The notes under the pieces were generated by a model. It was not told the origin of the DNA and did no database searches. It was given only the letters and a program-made list of their open reading frames with translations. This document shows, piece by piece, positions 37,308 to 49,865 of a stretch of 64,000 nucleotides of DNA. The stretch comes from Rhizomicrobium sp. GTDB lineage: Bacteria > Pseudomonadota > Alphaproteobacteria > Micropepsales > Micropepsaceae. The stretch is from the NCBI GenBank assembly GCA_050008635.1, contig JBEKMG010000009.1:28368-92367 (forward strand). The letters run 5' to 3'. The position numbers and the translations under genes were made by a program. Each line of letters starts with the position of its first letter. Position 1 is the stretch's first letter.

Positions 37308-38429
37308 ATGAAAATCAACGTCGAACGGGGCGCTTTTTTGAAGGCGCTGAGCCATGTGCAAAGCGTCGTCGAACGGCGCAACACCATCCCCATTCTCTCG
37401 AACGTGATGATCGAGGCGGCCAAGGGCACGCTGAAGCTCACCGCCACCGATCTGGACATCGAGATCGTCGAAGCCATCCCGGCCGACGTGCTGAGGGGCG
37501 GCGCGGCCACCGCGCCCGCGCACATGCTCTACGACATCGTGCGCAAGCTGCCGGAAGGCGCGCAGGTGCAGGCCGAACTTCTTACAAGCGAAGGCGGACG
37601 GCTCGCGGTTTCCGCCGGCACGGTGCGTTTCGAGTTGGCTTGTCTGCCCAAGGAGGATTTCCCGCAGATGGCGGCGGGCGCCCTGCCCCACAAATTCCGC
37701 CTGGCGGCCGACGATCTGAAACGGCTGATCGACAAGACGCGCTTCGCCATTTCCACCGAGGAGACGCGCTTCTATCTCAACGGCATCTACGTCCACGCGG
37801 CGAAGGAAGCCAAGGCGAAGACCTTGCGCGCCGTGGCGACCGACGGCCACCGGCTGGCGCGCTACGAGCTGGAGCTGCCCGACGGCGCCACCGACATGCC
37901 CGGCGTGATCGTGCCGCGCAAGACGGTGCAGGAGCTGCGCCGCCTGCTCGACGACGCCGACGGCGCCATCGAGGTTTCGCTGTCCGACACCAAGATCCAG
38001 TTCGCCATGGGCGGCGTGGAGCTGACCTCCAAGCTGATCGACGGCACCTTCCCCGATTACCAGCGCGTCATTCCCGCCGGCAACGACAAGGTGCTGGCGC
38101 TGGAATCCAAGGAGTTCGGCCAGGCGGTCGATCGCGTTTCGACCATCTCGGCCGACAAGACGCGCGCGGTGAAGCTGGTGCTCGCCAAGGACAAGGTGAC
38201 GCTGTCGGTGGTCAATCCGGAGTCCGGCACGGCAACGGAAGACCTCGGCGCCACCTACAGCGCCGCGCCGCTGGAGATCGGCTTCAACGCCCGCTATCTG
38301 CTCGACATCACCGGCCAGATCGAAGGCAAGTCGGTGCGCCTGCTGCTCTCCGACGCCGGCTCGCCCACCCTCATCGAGGACACGGACGACTCCCGCACGC
38401 TCTACGTCCTCATGCCCATGCGGGTGTGA
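37308..38429 (+). CDS. dnaN: DNA polymerase III beta clamp
   Basis: VERRNTIPILSN, ATDLD, ETRFYLNG, ATDGHRLA, FPDYQRV and YVLMPMRV. Confidence 0.98.
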   Translation: MKINVERGAFLKALSHVQSVVERRNTIPILSNVMIEAAKGTLKLTATDLDIEIVEAIPADVLRGGAATAPAHMLYDIVRKLPEGAQVQAELLTSEGGRLAVSAGTVRFELACLPKEDFPQMAAGALPHKFRLAADDLKRLIDKTRFAISTEETRFYLNGIYVHAAKEAKAKTLRAVATDGHRLARYELELPDGATDMPGVIVPRKTVQELRRLLDDADGAIEVSLSDTKIQFAMGGVELTSKLIDGTFPDYQRVIPAGNDKVLALESKEFGQAVDRVSTISADKTRAVKLVLAKDKVTLSVVNPESGTATEDLGATYSAAPLEIGFNARYLLDITGQIEGKSVRLLLSDAGSPTLIEDTDDSRTLYVLMPMRV

Positions 38430-39613
38430 GTTTGAACCGCGCGTCCGATCAGCGTACCCAGGTGTCGCCGGTTCCCGCGGCGCGCCTCGCCGTCACGCGC
38501 GTGCAGCTCACCAACTTCCGCTCTTATGCGAATGTGGAGCTCGCCGTCGGCATGCGCCCCGTCGTGCTCGCCGGGCCGAACGGCGCGGGCAAGACGAACA
38601 TCCTCGATGCGATCTCGTTGCTCGCGCCAGGCCGCGGCTTGCGCGGTGCCAAGCTGTCGGAGCATATCCGCCGCGGGCCTTCCGCTCCTGGCGAAGCGCT
38701 GTGGGCGGTGGCGGCTACCGTGTCGCGCGGCGCGGAAGCCTACGACGTCGGAACCGGATTGATGCTCGGCGGCGAACGGCGCGCCGTGCGGCTCAACGGC
38801 GTGCCGGCGCAAAGCTCGGCGGATTTGGGCGAGATCGTTCAGATGACCTGGCTGACGCCCGCCATGGACCGGCTGTTCAGCGAGGGCGCGAGCGGACGGC
38901 GGCGCTTCCTCGACCGTCTGGTGCTCGGCTTCGATGCCGGCCACGCGCGGCGCGCGGCGCGCTACGAGACCGCGATGCGCGAACGCGCGCGCCTCCTGAA
39001 ATTCGGCCCGCGCGATCCGCTGTGGCTGGACGGCCTGGAAGCCGAGATGGCCGAGGCCGGCTCTGCCATCGCCGCCTCGCGCGCGAAAACCGTGGCGCGG
39101 CTGAACGCGATGTTGTCCGAACGCGGCGAAGCGGGCGCCTTTCCCTGCGCTCTGTTGGCGCTGGAAGGCGAAGCCGATGCGCTGCTCGCCGAAGTGGGCG
39201 AAAGCACAGAGGCTGAGATGCGCGCGCGCTTCCAGCGTTTGCGCATCAACGACGCGGAAGCCGGCCGCACCACCTTCGGGCCGCATCTGAGCGACCTAGC
39301 CGTGCGCCACACGCAAAAGCGTGCCGACGCCCGCGAATGCTCCACCGGCGAGCAGAAGGCGCTGCTGGTTTCCATCGTGCTGGCCGACGCTTGGGAGCTG
39401 ACGCGGGCGCGCGACGGGCTGGCGCCGCTGCTGCTGCTCGACGAAATTGCCGCACATCTGGATGTGCGCCGCCGTGCCGCCTTATTTGAGGAGATTATCG
39501 CGCTCGGCGCGCAAGCCTGGATGACGGGCACCGATCTGTCGCTGTTCGACAGTCTTTCGTCGCGCGCCGACATCTTCACGGTCGACAGCGGCCGTTTCGC
39601 GCATCAGGAGTAA
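38426..39613 (+). CDS. recF: DNA replication/repair protein RecF
   Basis: NFRSY, GPNGAGKTN, STGEQK and LLLLDE..AHLD; GTG start overlapping the dnaN stop. Confidence 0.95.
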   Translation: MSLNRASDQRTQVSPVPAARLAVTRVQLTNFRSYANVELAVGMRPVVLAGPNGAGKTNILDAISLLAPGRGLRGAKLSEHIRRGPSAPGEALWAVAATVSRGAEAYDVGTGLMLGGERRAVRLNGVPAQSSADLGEIVQMTWLTPAMDRLFSEGASGRRRFLDRLVLGFDAGHARRAARYETAMRERARLLKFGPRDPLWLDGLEAEMAEAGSAIAASRAKTVARLNAMLSERGEAGAFPCALLALEGEADALLAEVGESTEAEMRARFQRLRINDAEAGRTTFGPHLSDLAVRHTQKRADARECSTGEQKALLVSIVLADAWELTRARDGLAPLLLLDEIAAHLDVRRRAALFEEIIALGAQAWMTGTDLSLFDSLSSRADIFTVDSGRFAHQE

Positions 39614-39617
39614 CCAT

Positions 39618-40226
39618 ATGCTTTCGTTGCATGCGTATCTTCTTTATTGCGGTCTTTATGCCATCGCCATCGCGGTGCCGGGACCGGGCGTCGTGGCCAT
39701 CGTGGCGCGGGCGCTGGGCAGCGGTTTCCGCGCCACCGTTCCGGCGGCGATCGGAACCGCGGTCGGCGATCTCGTCTGGGTGTCGATGTCGGCATTCGGA
39801 CTGGCAGTCGTCGCGCATGCCATGGGCGAATTCTTCCTGATCGTGAAGCTGGCGGGCGCGGCGTACTTGGTTTACCTCGGCTACAAATATTGGACGGCGC
39901 CGGTTTCCGAGATGGAAACGATCGTTCCGGCGAGCGCAAGTCAGGGGTTCTTTTCACAGCTTTCACTGACGCTGGGCAATCCCAAGGCGATCGCGTTCTT
40001 CCTTGCGCTGCTTCCGACGGTGGTCGATCTGAACCGGCTGAACGCCTTTGGCTTTCTGCAGTTATGCGCAGCGACCATCGTGCTGATTCCGGCGATCATG
40101 TTGTCCTACGCGGCGCTTGCTTCGCGCGTGCGCGGTTTCCTGGCCAGCAGAAAAGCGCGCGGCCGCCTGAACAAGGGCGCCGCCGTCGTCATGGTGGGCG
40201 CCGGCATCGGCGTAGCGGTGAGCTGA
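39618..40226 (+). CDS. LysE/RhtB family translocator
   Basis: PGPG…ARALG.GF…G…GD and LGNPKA..FF. Confidence 0.9.
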   Translation: MLSLHAYLLYCGLYAIAIAVPGPGVVAIVARALGSGFRATVPAAIGTAVGDLVWVSMSAFGLAVVAHAMGEFFLIVKLAGAAYLVYLGYKYWTAPVSEMETIVPASASQGFFSQLSLTLGNPKAIAFFLALLPTVVDLNRLNAFGFLQLCAATIVLIPAIMLSYAALASRVRGFLASRKARGRLNKGAAVVMVGAGIGVAVS

Positions 40227-40837
40227 TGAACATGCTTCCACTGCATTCCTATTTGGTTTTTCTTGGCGTCTATATCGTTGCCGCGGCGACGCCGGGCCCT
40301 GCCGTCATGGCCATCACGGCCCGCGCGCTGGGCAGCGGATTTCGCGCCGCACTTCCCATGGTCCTGGGTACGGCCGTGGGCGACATGGCCGTCCTGACGC
40401 TTTCGGTCTGTGGGCTGGCAGTGGTGGCGCAAGCGATGGGCCATCTGTTCGTGGCCGTGAAGATCGCCGGCGCGCTCTATCTGATTTACCTCGGATACAA
40501 GTACTGGACCGCGCCGGTGACAGAGCTTTTGGACAAGCCGGTGGACGCGCGCCGCGGCTTCCTGGCGCAGTTCGCGCTGACCATCGGCAATCCCAAAGCC
40601 ATTGCCTTCTGGGTCGCCTTGTTGCCGGCCGTCGTCGATTTGCGCCAACTGAATTTGGCCGTCTATCTGCAGCTTGCGTTGGCTTGCTTCACGCTGACCC
40701 CTCTCATCATGGCGGCTTATGCGGCATTGGCCTCGCGGGTGCGCGGATTTCTGACCGGCATCAAAGCGCGGCGGCGCATCAACAAGGGCGCCGGCGTCAT
40801 CATGGTGGGCGCCGGCGTCGGCGTGGCGGTGAGTTAA
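40226..40837 (+). CDS. LysE/RhtB family translocator (tandem paralogue)
   Basis: Same motifs; start overlaps the previous stop (TGATG). Confidence 0.9.
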   Translation: MNMLPLHSYLVFLGVYIVAAATPGPAVMAITARALGSGFRAALPMVLGTAVGDMAVLTLSVCGLAVVAQAMGHLFVAVKIAGALYLIYLGYKYWTAPVTELLDKPVDARRGFLAQFALTIGNPKAIAFWVALLPAVVDLRQLNLAVYLQLALACFTLTPLIMAAYAALASRVRGFLTGIKARRRINKGAGVIMVGAGVGVAVS

Positions 40838-43309
<2,472 letters not shown>

Positions 43310-43331
43310 GCGGACACCGCGTTCTCTTTTG

Positions 43332-43438
43332 TTCGTCATGGCCGGGCTTTAGACCCGGCCATCCGGCGAAACAAACAAGTCTACCGCCGTGCGGACGCAC
43401 GGCGACTGGATGGCCGCCTCGAGGGCGGCCATGACGAA
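43332..43438. repeat. REP-like doublet (TCGTCATGGCCG family)
   Basis: TTCGTCATGGCCGGGCTTTAGACCCGGCCATCC…GGATGGCCGCCTCGAGGGCGGCCATGACGAA. Confidence 0.85.
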
Positions 43439-43768
43439 TTAGGGGGAATGCTGCTTCACCACCGTGACGTGTAGCTCGATCTTTGCGTCCTTTTGCAGCG
43501 CTGCGATCACGGCAAAGAAGTTCCTAGCCTGTGGGTTTCCTTTCGGTCCAAACATTCGCATCAAGCTTTTGGGCGGCAGGCCGACCTTCTTGCCGAGCTT
43601 CTCAAAGCCGATGGTGGCGTTGATGTAGTCGCGTATGATGCTCTTGCCGACGTTGAACTCGTTCTGAAGAAACGAGTTTATTCCTTCGACGAACATGGCT
43701 TTGGCGAATCCCGGCTTACGCCGCATGTCCTCCAGGATGGTCGCCTTGAATTTGCGCGTCAGGGGCAT
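43439..43768 (-). CDS. HTH protein of the addiction-module antidote (HigA-like) type, with no adjacent toxin
   Basis: MPLTR.F..TI….RR.P.FA, IRDYINATIGFE.L and KSLMRMFGP.GNP.A.N.F.VI..LQ resemble this antidote family. Confidence 0.7.
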   Translation of the reverse strand: MPLTRKFKATILEDMRRKPGFAKAMFVEGINSFLQNEFNVGKSIIRDYINATIGFEKLGKKVGLPPKSLMRMFGPKGNPQARNFFAVIAALQKDAKIELHVTVVKQHSP

Positions 43769-43795
43769 CTTTCGCCCAAGTGCTTCACTCGTACT

Positions 43796-43819
43796 ATTGG
43801 TACCGTATATGGTACCAAT
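43796..43819. promoter_or_regulatory. Palindromic operator upstream of the antidote gene
   Basis: ATTGGTACC-N6-GGTACCAAT perfect 9-bp inverted repeat. Confidence 0.65.
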
Positions 43820-43877
43820 GGTCAAGGCTTACTTTTCGTCTTCCTCTTCCGCATCGCGCAACGCAGGCTTTGCACCC

Positions 43878-45602
43878 TCACGGCGGCGGCGGCAGCTTTT
43901 TCTCGCCCGCCTTCGCGCAAGCATAAATCGGCTCCGTTGTGCCGACCGCCTTCGAATCCCGCAGAAAGGCCAAGACACTCCGATTGCAGAAAAAGGCGCT
44001 GCTGCCGGCCTTGACCAGCGCATCGACCTCAGGCCCCGAGAAATCGAGGCTCGTTCCGCTGCGGGCGACGTCGCTCATCATGCAGTCGCCCTCGCTCTTG
44101 CCGCAGGCGGCGGGATCAAGCGCCGTCGCCTCACTCAAATCGTGGAAGGACACATGCGCGAAATAGTGTTTGACCTCGGTGTCCGCCTGCGGCGCGGCGC
44201 CCGCTGCCGGCGGCGTGCCGCAATGAAGCTTGGCCATCTTCGCCGCGATTCTCCTGGTCATGTTCTCGGCGGCCAGCATCGTCTCGAAGCCGTTCGCGTC
44301 GATCGCGGCACTGGTCGCCGAATTGAGGATGATGCCGAGGTCGGAGAGGGAGGACAAAGTGGAAACCTCGTTGTTGGGCCGTGCCTCGCCGTCAACGACA
44401 ACGACGAGAAGTCTGCGCATCTGGTCGAGATGGACCCGGCAGGCGATGGCGGCGGACCGTTCCGTCCAGCCGCTCGAGCCGGGATCGCTGCCGAGACTCA
44501 TGGTTACGGTGTTCATCAGGCCGCGCAGCGCCATGTTGTCCGCAATGCCGCCGTCCGCCAGATAGAGATATTTCGGCGGGCCCTGTTGCGGACCGGCGCC
44601 GCTGCCCCGGCTATAGGGATTGGCGCCACGCCCCTTATGCGCGGGGGACGAAGGCAGATAAGCGTCGGCGACTTCGGCGCGGGAATAGCGGCGCGACAAT
44701 TCCTCCGGCTCCCCCGCATCCAGCGCGGCATCCACCCATGGGAGGCGGTGGCTATGGCAATAGCCCTGCAGATCGGCCTTATTTGCCGTGAAGTGGCGGT
44801 TTTTCAGCCGAATGGGAGAGAAGAGAAGCGGAAAGGCGCTCGATGCCGCAATGGCGTTCGACACCGGATAATCATCCACATCGGAACAGATGAGATCGAA
44901 ATCGTCCTGGGTGAAGGTGAACGGTTGTTCGTTGCCGTAATCGGTCGCCTGGACGATCAAAAGCGGCCGCCCCTTCCTGGCAAGATCGCCGAAGCTGCGC
45001 GCGAAGAGCTTGTCGGAGTCGGACGAGAAATTGACCTCACCATAGATCTTCGCCATCTCGTCGTTGGTGCCGTAGTTCGGCAGCATCCACTGCCAATGCC
45101 AGGGTTCGAGGTAGATGGCGAAGAGATCGGCGAAGAAATCGTGCGTCAGGAAATTGTCGCGGTAATAATCGGGCGCGCCGGGCGCAGGAAACAGCGCATC
45201 GCGCTTGCTGGCATAGGCGGCAGCTGTGTACGAACCGCCGGAGACGCCGGAGATAACGTCGATCTCAGAGTCCAAGGGGCGGAGTGCACCCTCATCGTTC
45301 GGGACCTGCATGGCATGCGCCGCCTTCAGCGCGCCGTAGCCGAACGAGGCGGAGCGGATGCCACCCCCCGAAAAAGCGAAGACCACAAAGGTCTGTTGGG
45401 AGGTGCAATCCTTGATGTGATCGAGATCGTAACGCGGCGTGGCGGCGCGCTCGGTGCAGCTCGGGTCGCCGGGCGGGGCGTCCGCGGTGAGCGGCGCGTT
45501 CCGGACAGGCTTGTAGATGTGCTGGAGATTCGCACAGTTCGAGAGAAACACGCCCAGCGCCGCCACAGCGGCAAGGCGCAGTACTGGCCCGAGTTTCGTC
45601 AT
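43878..45602 (-). CDS. Patatin-like phospholipase family lipoprotein
   Basis: Lipobox-like FLSNC, SGGGIRS, GVSGG nucleophile elbow and DGG motif. Confidence 0.85.
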   Translation of the reverse strand: MTKLGPVLRLAAVAALGVFLSNCANLQHIYKPVRNAPLTADAPPGDPSCTERAATPRYDLDHIKDCTSQQTFVVFAFSGGGIRSASFGYGALKAAHAMQVPNDEGALRPLDSEIDVISGVSGGSYTAAAYASKRDALFPAPGAPDYYRDNFLTHDFFADLFAIYLEPWHWQWMLPNYGTNDEMAKIYGEVNFSSDSDKLFARSFGDLARKGRPLLIVQATDYGNEQPFTFTQDDFDLICSDVDDYPVSNAIAASSAFPLLFSPIRLKNRHFTANKADLQGYCHSHRLPWVDAALDAGEPEELSRRYSRAEVADAYLPSSPAHKGRGANPYSRGSGAGPQQGPPKYLYLADGGIADNMALRGLMNTVTMSLGSDPGSSGWTERSAAIACRVHLDQMRRLLVVVVDGEARPNNEVSTLSSLSDLGIILNSATSAAIDANGFETMLAAENMTRRIAAKMAKLHCGTPPAAGAAPQADTEVKHYFAHVSFHDLSEATALDPAACGKSEGDCMMSDVARSGTSLDFSGPEVDALVKAGSSAFFCNRSVLAFLRDSKAVGTTEPIYACAKAGEKKLPPPP

Positions 45603-45733
45603 GATTGCCCCCCGACAATTCGCGTCATGATACCGCGAAAGCGGCGGGCCGTTCAATTTGCGCGGCCGAGCCGGCCGGCAAGGCGATGTCTTCGGGCAAA
45701 TTGCAACTGACTATCAGATAGGCGGGCCGCGCC

Positions 45734-46969
45734 CTACTTCTTGCCCAGCTTCCGCTTCCGCATCGCCAGCGTGCGCAGGCGAAGGGCGTTCAATTTGATA
45801 AACCCGGCCGCGTCCTTCTGGTCGTAAGCGCCCTGATCGTCCTCGAAGGTCACGAGGTCCTTGGCGTACAGCGAATAGGGCGACGAGCGGCCGATGACGA
45901 TGACGTTGCCCTTGTAGAGCTTCAGCCGAACGGTGCCGGCGACGAACTCCTGCGATTTGTCGATGGCCGCTTGCAACATTTCGCGCTCGGGCGCGAACCA
46001 GAAGCCGTAATAGATTAACTCGGCATAGCGCGGCATCAACTCGTCCTTCAGGTGCGCCGCGCCACGGTCGAGCGTGATCGATTCCATCGCGCGATGCGCC
46101 GTGAGCAAAATCGTGCCGCCGGGCGTTTCGTACACGCCGCGCGATTTCATGCCGACGAAGCGGTTCTCCACCAGATCGATGCGCCCGATGCCGTTGGCCT
46201 TGCCCAACTCGTTCAGCCTGGTCAGCAATGCGGCGGGCGAAAGTGCAACGCCGTCGATGGAGACCGCATCGCCCTTGTCGAAGCCGATTTCCACCACCGT
46301 CACCTTGTCAGGCGCTTCCTCGGGTGACAGCGTGCGCTGATAGACGATGGCGTCAGGTTCCAGTGCGGGGTCTTCCAGAACTTTCCCCTCCGAAGAGGAA
46401 TGCAGCAGGTTGGCGTCCACCGAGAACGGCGCCTCGCCGCGCTTGTCCTTGGCGATGGGAATCTGGTGGCGCTCGGCGAACTCGATCAGCTTGGTGCGGC
46501 TGGTCAGGTTCCATTCGCGCCACGGCGCGATCACCTTGATGTCCGGCTTCAGCGCGTAATAGGTGAGTTCGAAGCGCACCTGATCGTTGCCCTTGCCGGT
46601 GGCGCCGTGACACACCGCGTCGGCGCCGACCTTTTCCGCGATCTCGATCTGCTTCTTGGCGATCAACGGCCGCGCGATGGAGGTGCCGAGCAGGTACACG
46701 CCCTCGTACACCGCATTGGCGCGGAACATGGGGAAGACGTAATCGCGGACGAATTCCTCGCGCAAGTCCTCCACGAAAATGTTCTGCGGCTTGATGCCGA
46801 GCAGCTCCGCCTTGGCGCGCGCCGGCGCCAGCTCCTCGCCCTGGCCGAGATCGGCGGTGAAGGTGACGACCTCCGCGCCGTATTCGGTCTGCAGCCATTT
46901 CAGGATCACCGAGGTGTCCAGCCCGCCCGAATAGGCCAGCACCACTTTCTTCACGCTTTTCGCAGCCAC
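45734..46969 (-). CDS. argG: Argininosuccinate synthase
   Basis: [23 protein letters not shown] and [18 protein letters not shown]; GTG start. Confidence 0.98.
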   Translation of the reverse strand: MAAKSVKKVVLAYSGGLDTSVILKWLQTEYGAEVVTFTADLGQGEELAPARAKAELLGIKPQNIFVEDLREEFVRDYVFPMFRANAVYEGVYLLGTSIARPLIAKKQIEIAEKVGADAVCHGATGKGNDQVRFELTYYALKPDIKVIAPWREWNLTSRTKLIEFAERHQIPIAKDKRGEAPFSVDANLLHSSSEGKVLEDPALEPDAIVYQRTLSPEEAPDKVTVVEIGFDKGDAVSIDGVALSPAALLTRLNELGKANGIGRIDLVENRFVGMKSRGVYETPGGTILLTAHRAMESITLDRGAAHLKDELMPRYAELIYYGFWFAPEREMLQAAIDKSQEFVAGTVRLKLYKGNVIVIGRSSPYSLYAKDLVTFEDDQGAYDQKDAAGFIKLNALRLRTLAMRKRKLGKK

Positions 46970-47069
46970 GATCTCATGTCCTTAAGGAATGGCGGGAATA
47001 TACGGACCGCCGCCCGAAATGCCAGCGCCCTTTGCAAGGGCCGCAACAGTCACTATCTCTATTGCCGTC

Positions 47070-47501
47070 ATGACCAGCCTGAAATTCGCCACCGCCGTCC
47101 ACGTCATGCTGCTTCTGGCGCACGAAGGCGCGGATGCGCCCGAGCGCGCGGCGGCCTCGAGCCGTCTGGCGGGCAGCATCGGGGCCAATGCGGTGGTGGT
47201 GCGCCGGGTGTTGGCCGCGCTGGCCGCCGCCGGGCTGATCGCCACCAAGGCGGGCGCGAGCGGCGGTGCTTGGCTGGCCCGCAAGCCCGCCAAAATCCGC
47301 ATAAGCGAGGTCTATGCCGCGGTGAAGGAGCCGCCCGGCCCGGGCTTTCGCCCCAAAGGGAACGCGGCTTGCCCGGTGGGCCGCGCCGCGCCCGGCGTGA
47401 TCTGCGGCGTCATCGCTGCCATGCGCAAAGCTTCGGAAGGCGCGCTTTCCAAGCTGACCCTGGCGGATTTGCTGAAAAGGTTGGAAGCCGCGGCGCGGTG
47501 A
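47070..47501 (+). CDS. Rrf2 family transcriptional regulator
   Basis: KFATAVHVM.LLA, N.VVVRRVL..L..AGLI….GA.GG and CPVG. Confidence 0.85.
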   Translation: MTSLKFATAVHVMLLLAHEGADAPERAAASSRLAGSIGANAVVVRRVLAALAAAGLIATKAGASGGAWLARKPAKIRISEVYAAVKEPPGPGFRPKGNAACPVGRAAPGVICGVIAAMRKASEGALSKLTLADLLKRLEAAAR

Positions 47502-47535
47502 TGCTGGCCGCAGGCGGCAGCGCCCGCGCGGGCGA

Positions 47536-47790
47536 TCAGCGACTCTTCTTGCGGCGGGGCGGCTGCGACGCCGCAAGGAGCCCAAGCGAAATCGCAATAT
47601 CGTCAGCCTCCGCCGCACCAACCAGGATTGCATTCTCGATCCGCTTGAGCGTGCTTTCGGATTTCTTCGCAATAGCTTTCTTGCGGCGAACGATCTTCTT
47701 TCGCGGCGCGGCGGCGCGCTTGGTCTTGGGCGGCTTGACGGCTCTGCGCTTGGCAACGGACTTGCGAGGCAGCTTTGTCTTCCTAGCCAT
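47536..47790 (-). CDS. Small Lys/Arg-rich basic protein
   Basis: MARKTKLPRKSVAKRRAVKPPKTKR…; GGAG SD upstream. Confidence 0.6.
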   Translation of the reverse strand: MARKTKLPRKSVAKRRAVKPPKTKRAAAPRKKIVRRKKAIAKKSESTLKRIENAILVGAAEADDIAISLGLLAASQPPRRKKSR

Positions 47791-47835
47791 GTCAGTCTCC
47801 AGAATGGAATCGCTATTGACGCATAGCATAGCGCG

Positions 47836-48963
47836 CTACGATGGCATCCGTGCCAATTCGGCCGAACGCAGCTGCGCCATGCGTTCGCTCGCCCGCTGTT
47901 TGACGCTTTCGCTCTTGAGCTGGCCGCAGGCGGCCATGATGTCGCGGCCGCGCGGCGTGCGCACCGGCGAGGCGTAACCCGCGCGGTTGACGATCTCGGC
48001 GAACTTTTCGATCTGCGCCCAATCGGAACATTCGTACGGCGCGCCGGGCCAGGGATTGAACGGGATCAGGTTGATCTTTGCCGGAATGCCGCGAATGACG
48101 CGGACCAATTCCTTCGCATCGGCGAGGCTGTCGTTGACGCCTTTCAGCATCACATATTCGAAGGTGATGCGCCGCGCGTTCGACACGCCGGGATAAGCGC
48201 GGCAGGCGTCGAGCAATTCCTTGAGCGGATATTTCTTGTTGAGCGGCACCAGCACGTCGCGCACCTCGTCGCGCGCGGCGTGCAGTGAAATCGCCAGCGC
48301 CGAGCCGATCTCCTCGCCCGCCCGCTTGATCATCGGCACCACGCCCGCGGTGGACAGCGTCACGCGCCGCTTCGACAACGCCAGCGCGTCGCCGTCGGCC
48401 ACGATGGCCAGCGCCGCCTTGACGTTCTCGAAATTGTAGAGCGGCTCGCCCATGCCCATCATCACCACATTGGTGACGCGTCTGTTTTCTCCGGTTGAGG
48501 GCCAATCGCCCAAGGTATCGCGCGCCACCATCACCTGGCCGACGATCTCGCCCGGCGTCAGGTTGCGCACCAGCCTTTGCGTGCCGGTATGGCAGAAGCG
48601 GCAATTCAGCGTGCAGCCGACCTGGGAGGAAACGCACAGCGTGCCGCGTCCCGGCTCAGGGATAAAAACGGTCTCGAATTCCTGCCCGCCCTCGCCGCGC
48701 AGCAGCCATTTGCGGGTGCCGTCGGAGGAAACCTGTTCGGTCACCACCTCCGGTCGCGCCAGCGAGAAGCGCGCGGCCATCTGGCCACGAAAATCCTTGG
48801 CGAGATTGGTCATCGACGCGAAATCGCGCGCGCCGTGGACATAGATCCAGTTCCAAAGCTGGCGCGTGCGCATCGCCGCCGCCTTCTGCGGCACGCCGAC
48901 CGCAAGCAGCGCGTCTTTCAGAGCGTCAGGCGAAAGGCCGAGGATATTTGCTGCGGTGGTCAT
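47836..48963 (-). CDS. rlmN: 23S rRNA/tRNA m2A methyltransferase RlmN
   Basis: [32 protein letters not shown] and AACGQL. Confidence 0.97.
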   Translation of the reverse strand: MTTAANILGLSPDALKDALLAVGVPQKAAAMRTRQLWNWIYVHGARDFASMTNLAKDFRGQMAARFSLARPEVVTEQVSSDGTRKWLLRGEGGQEFETVFIPEPGRGTLCVSSQVGCTLNCRFCHTGTQRLVRNLTPGEIVGQVMVARDTLGDWPSTGENRRVTNVVMMGMGEPLYNFENVKAALAIVADGDALALSKRRVTLSTAGVVPMIKRAGEEIGSALAISLHAARDEVRDVLVPLNKKYPLKELLDACRAYPGVSNARRITFEYVMLKGVNDSLADAKELVRVIRGIPAKINLIPFNPWPGAPYECSDWAQIEKFAEIVNRAGYASPVRTPRGRDIMAACGQLKSESVKQRASERMAQLRSAELARMPS

Positions 48964-49010
48964 TGCACTTATAATGTCATCTGTGGGTGGTGATGTAATC
49001 TGGATATTTC

Positions 49011-49109
49011 TTCGTCATGGCCGCCCTTGAGGCGGCCATCCAGTCTTTGCCGTTCACTCCGCAAAGTGACTTGTCGCTGGATGGCCGGGTCAAGCCCGGC
49101 CATGACGAA
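49011..49109. repeat. REP-like doublet (TCGTCATGGCCG family)
   Basis: TTCGTCATGGCCGCCCTTGAGGCGGCCATCC…GGATGGCCGGGTCAAGCCCGGCCATGACGAA. Confidence 0.88.
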
Positions 49110-49136
49110 CTAAATGGGTTCTCAAACCGAACCACC

Positions 49137-49190
49137 GTCCATTCCCGGTCACGCAATGCCGCAGCTTCGACGCGGCTCGCCGGGGATGAC
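49137..49190. repeat. Degenerate palindromic element (GTC.ATTCCCGG…CCGGGGATGAC)
   Basis: Outer and inner imperfect inverted repeats read directly. Confidence 0.5.
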
Positions 49191-49198
49191 AACCGCGG

Positions 49199-49738
49199 TT
49201 ATTTCGCGCAAGCGTCATGCACCTTGTCGAGCATGGCCGACATGCCGCCGAGCGAATAGGTGTCCTTGGTGTGCGTGCCGCGCCGGGAAATGCCGCTGAT
49301 CGTGATCGTGGAGCCGTGGCGCATCGTCTCCAACAGATTTGCTTCGTCGCCGGGGTCCTTGACCCAGGCGGAACCGCTCTTGCCGTCGTTGCGGGTGAAG
49401 AATTCCGTCTTCGAAGAGCCCACCTGCGCGATCACCGGCGCGCCGTCCTTGTAGGAGTAGCCGGGCACGACTTCCAGTTCGCCCTGCACCTTGCGGTCGG
49501 GCCAATCGCTGATCAGCAGATAGATCGGATCGCGCGTGACCTTCTTGGGCGCGATCGTCTTGGGCTTCGACAGCGCGTAGCAGACCCTGCCGCTGTCAGT
49601 CGTCGCCTGATAGGCGGACCAGCCCTTCGACACGCCCAGAAGGGTGGGCTTTTCGTCGGCTGCCGCGGGCGCGAAACTCGCGGCAATACAGCTGCCTGCC
49701 AAGGCAAGAATCGATGCAATGCGCGAAAAATCGGACAT
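49199..49738 (-). CDS. Invasion-associated locus B (IalB)-like exported protein
   Basis: Signal peptide; W.AY….CYALS.P; TKDTYSL.G…LD…AC. Confidence 0.7.
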   Translation of the reverse strand: MSDFSRIASILALAGSCIAASFAPAAADEKPTLLGVSKGWSAYQATTDSGRVCYALSKPKTIAPKKVTRDPIYLLISDWPDRKVQGELEVVPGYSYKDGAPVIAQVGSSKTEFFTRNDGKSGSAWVKDPGDEANLLETMRHGSTITISGISRRGTHTKDTYSLGGMSAMLDKVHDACAK

Positions 49739-49865
49739 AAGACGCCGTCTCCCAAACTGACATGCCGCTGCCGCGCGGGTCGGCGCGGAGAATAGGGTCG
49801 CGGGCCGGGCCCGTCCATGCCAGAGGCCAAAAAAGTCGCAAGGCCGGTGTTAGAGCCTGCTGCGC

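Noticed and set aside
43829-43877. Possible toxin remnant upstream of the antidote gene
   Set aside because: The translation (…ALRDAEEEDEK) shows no RelE/HigB features.
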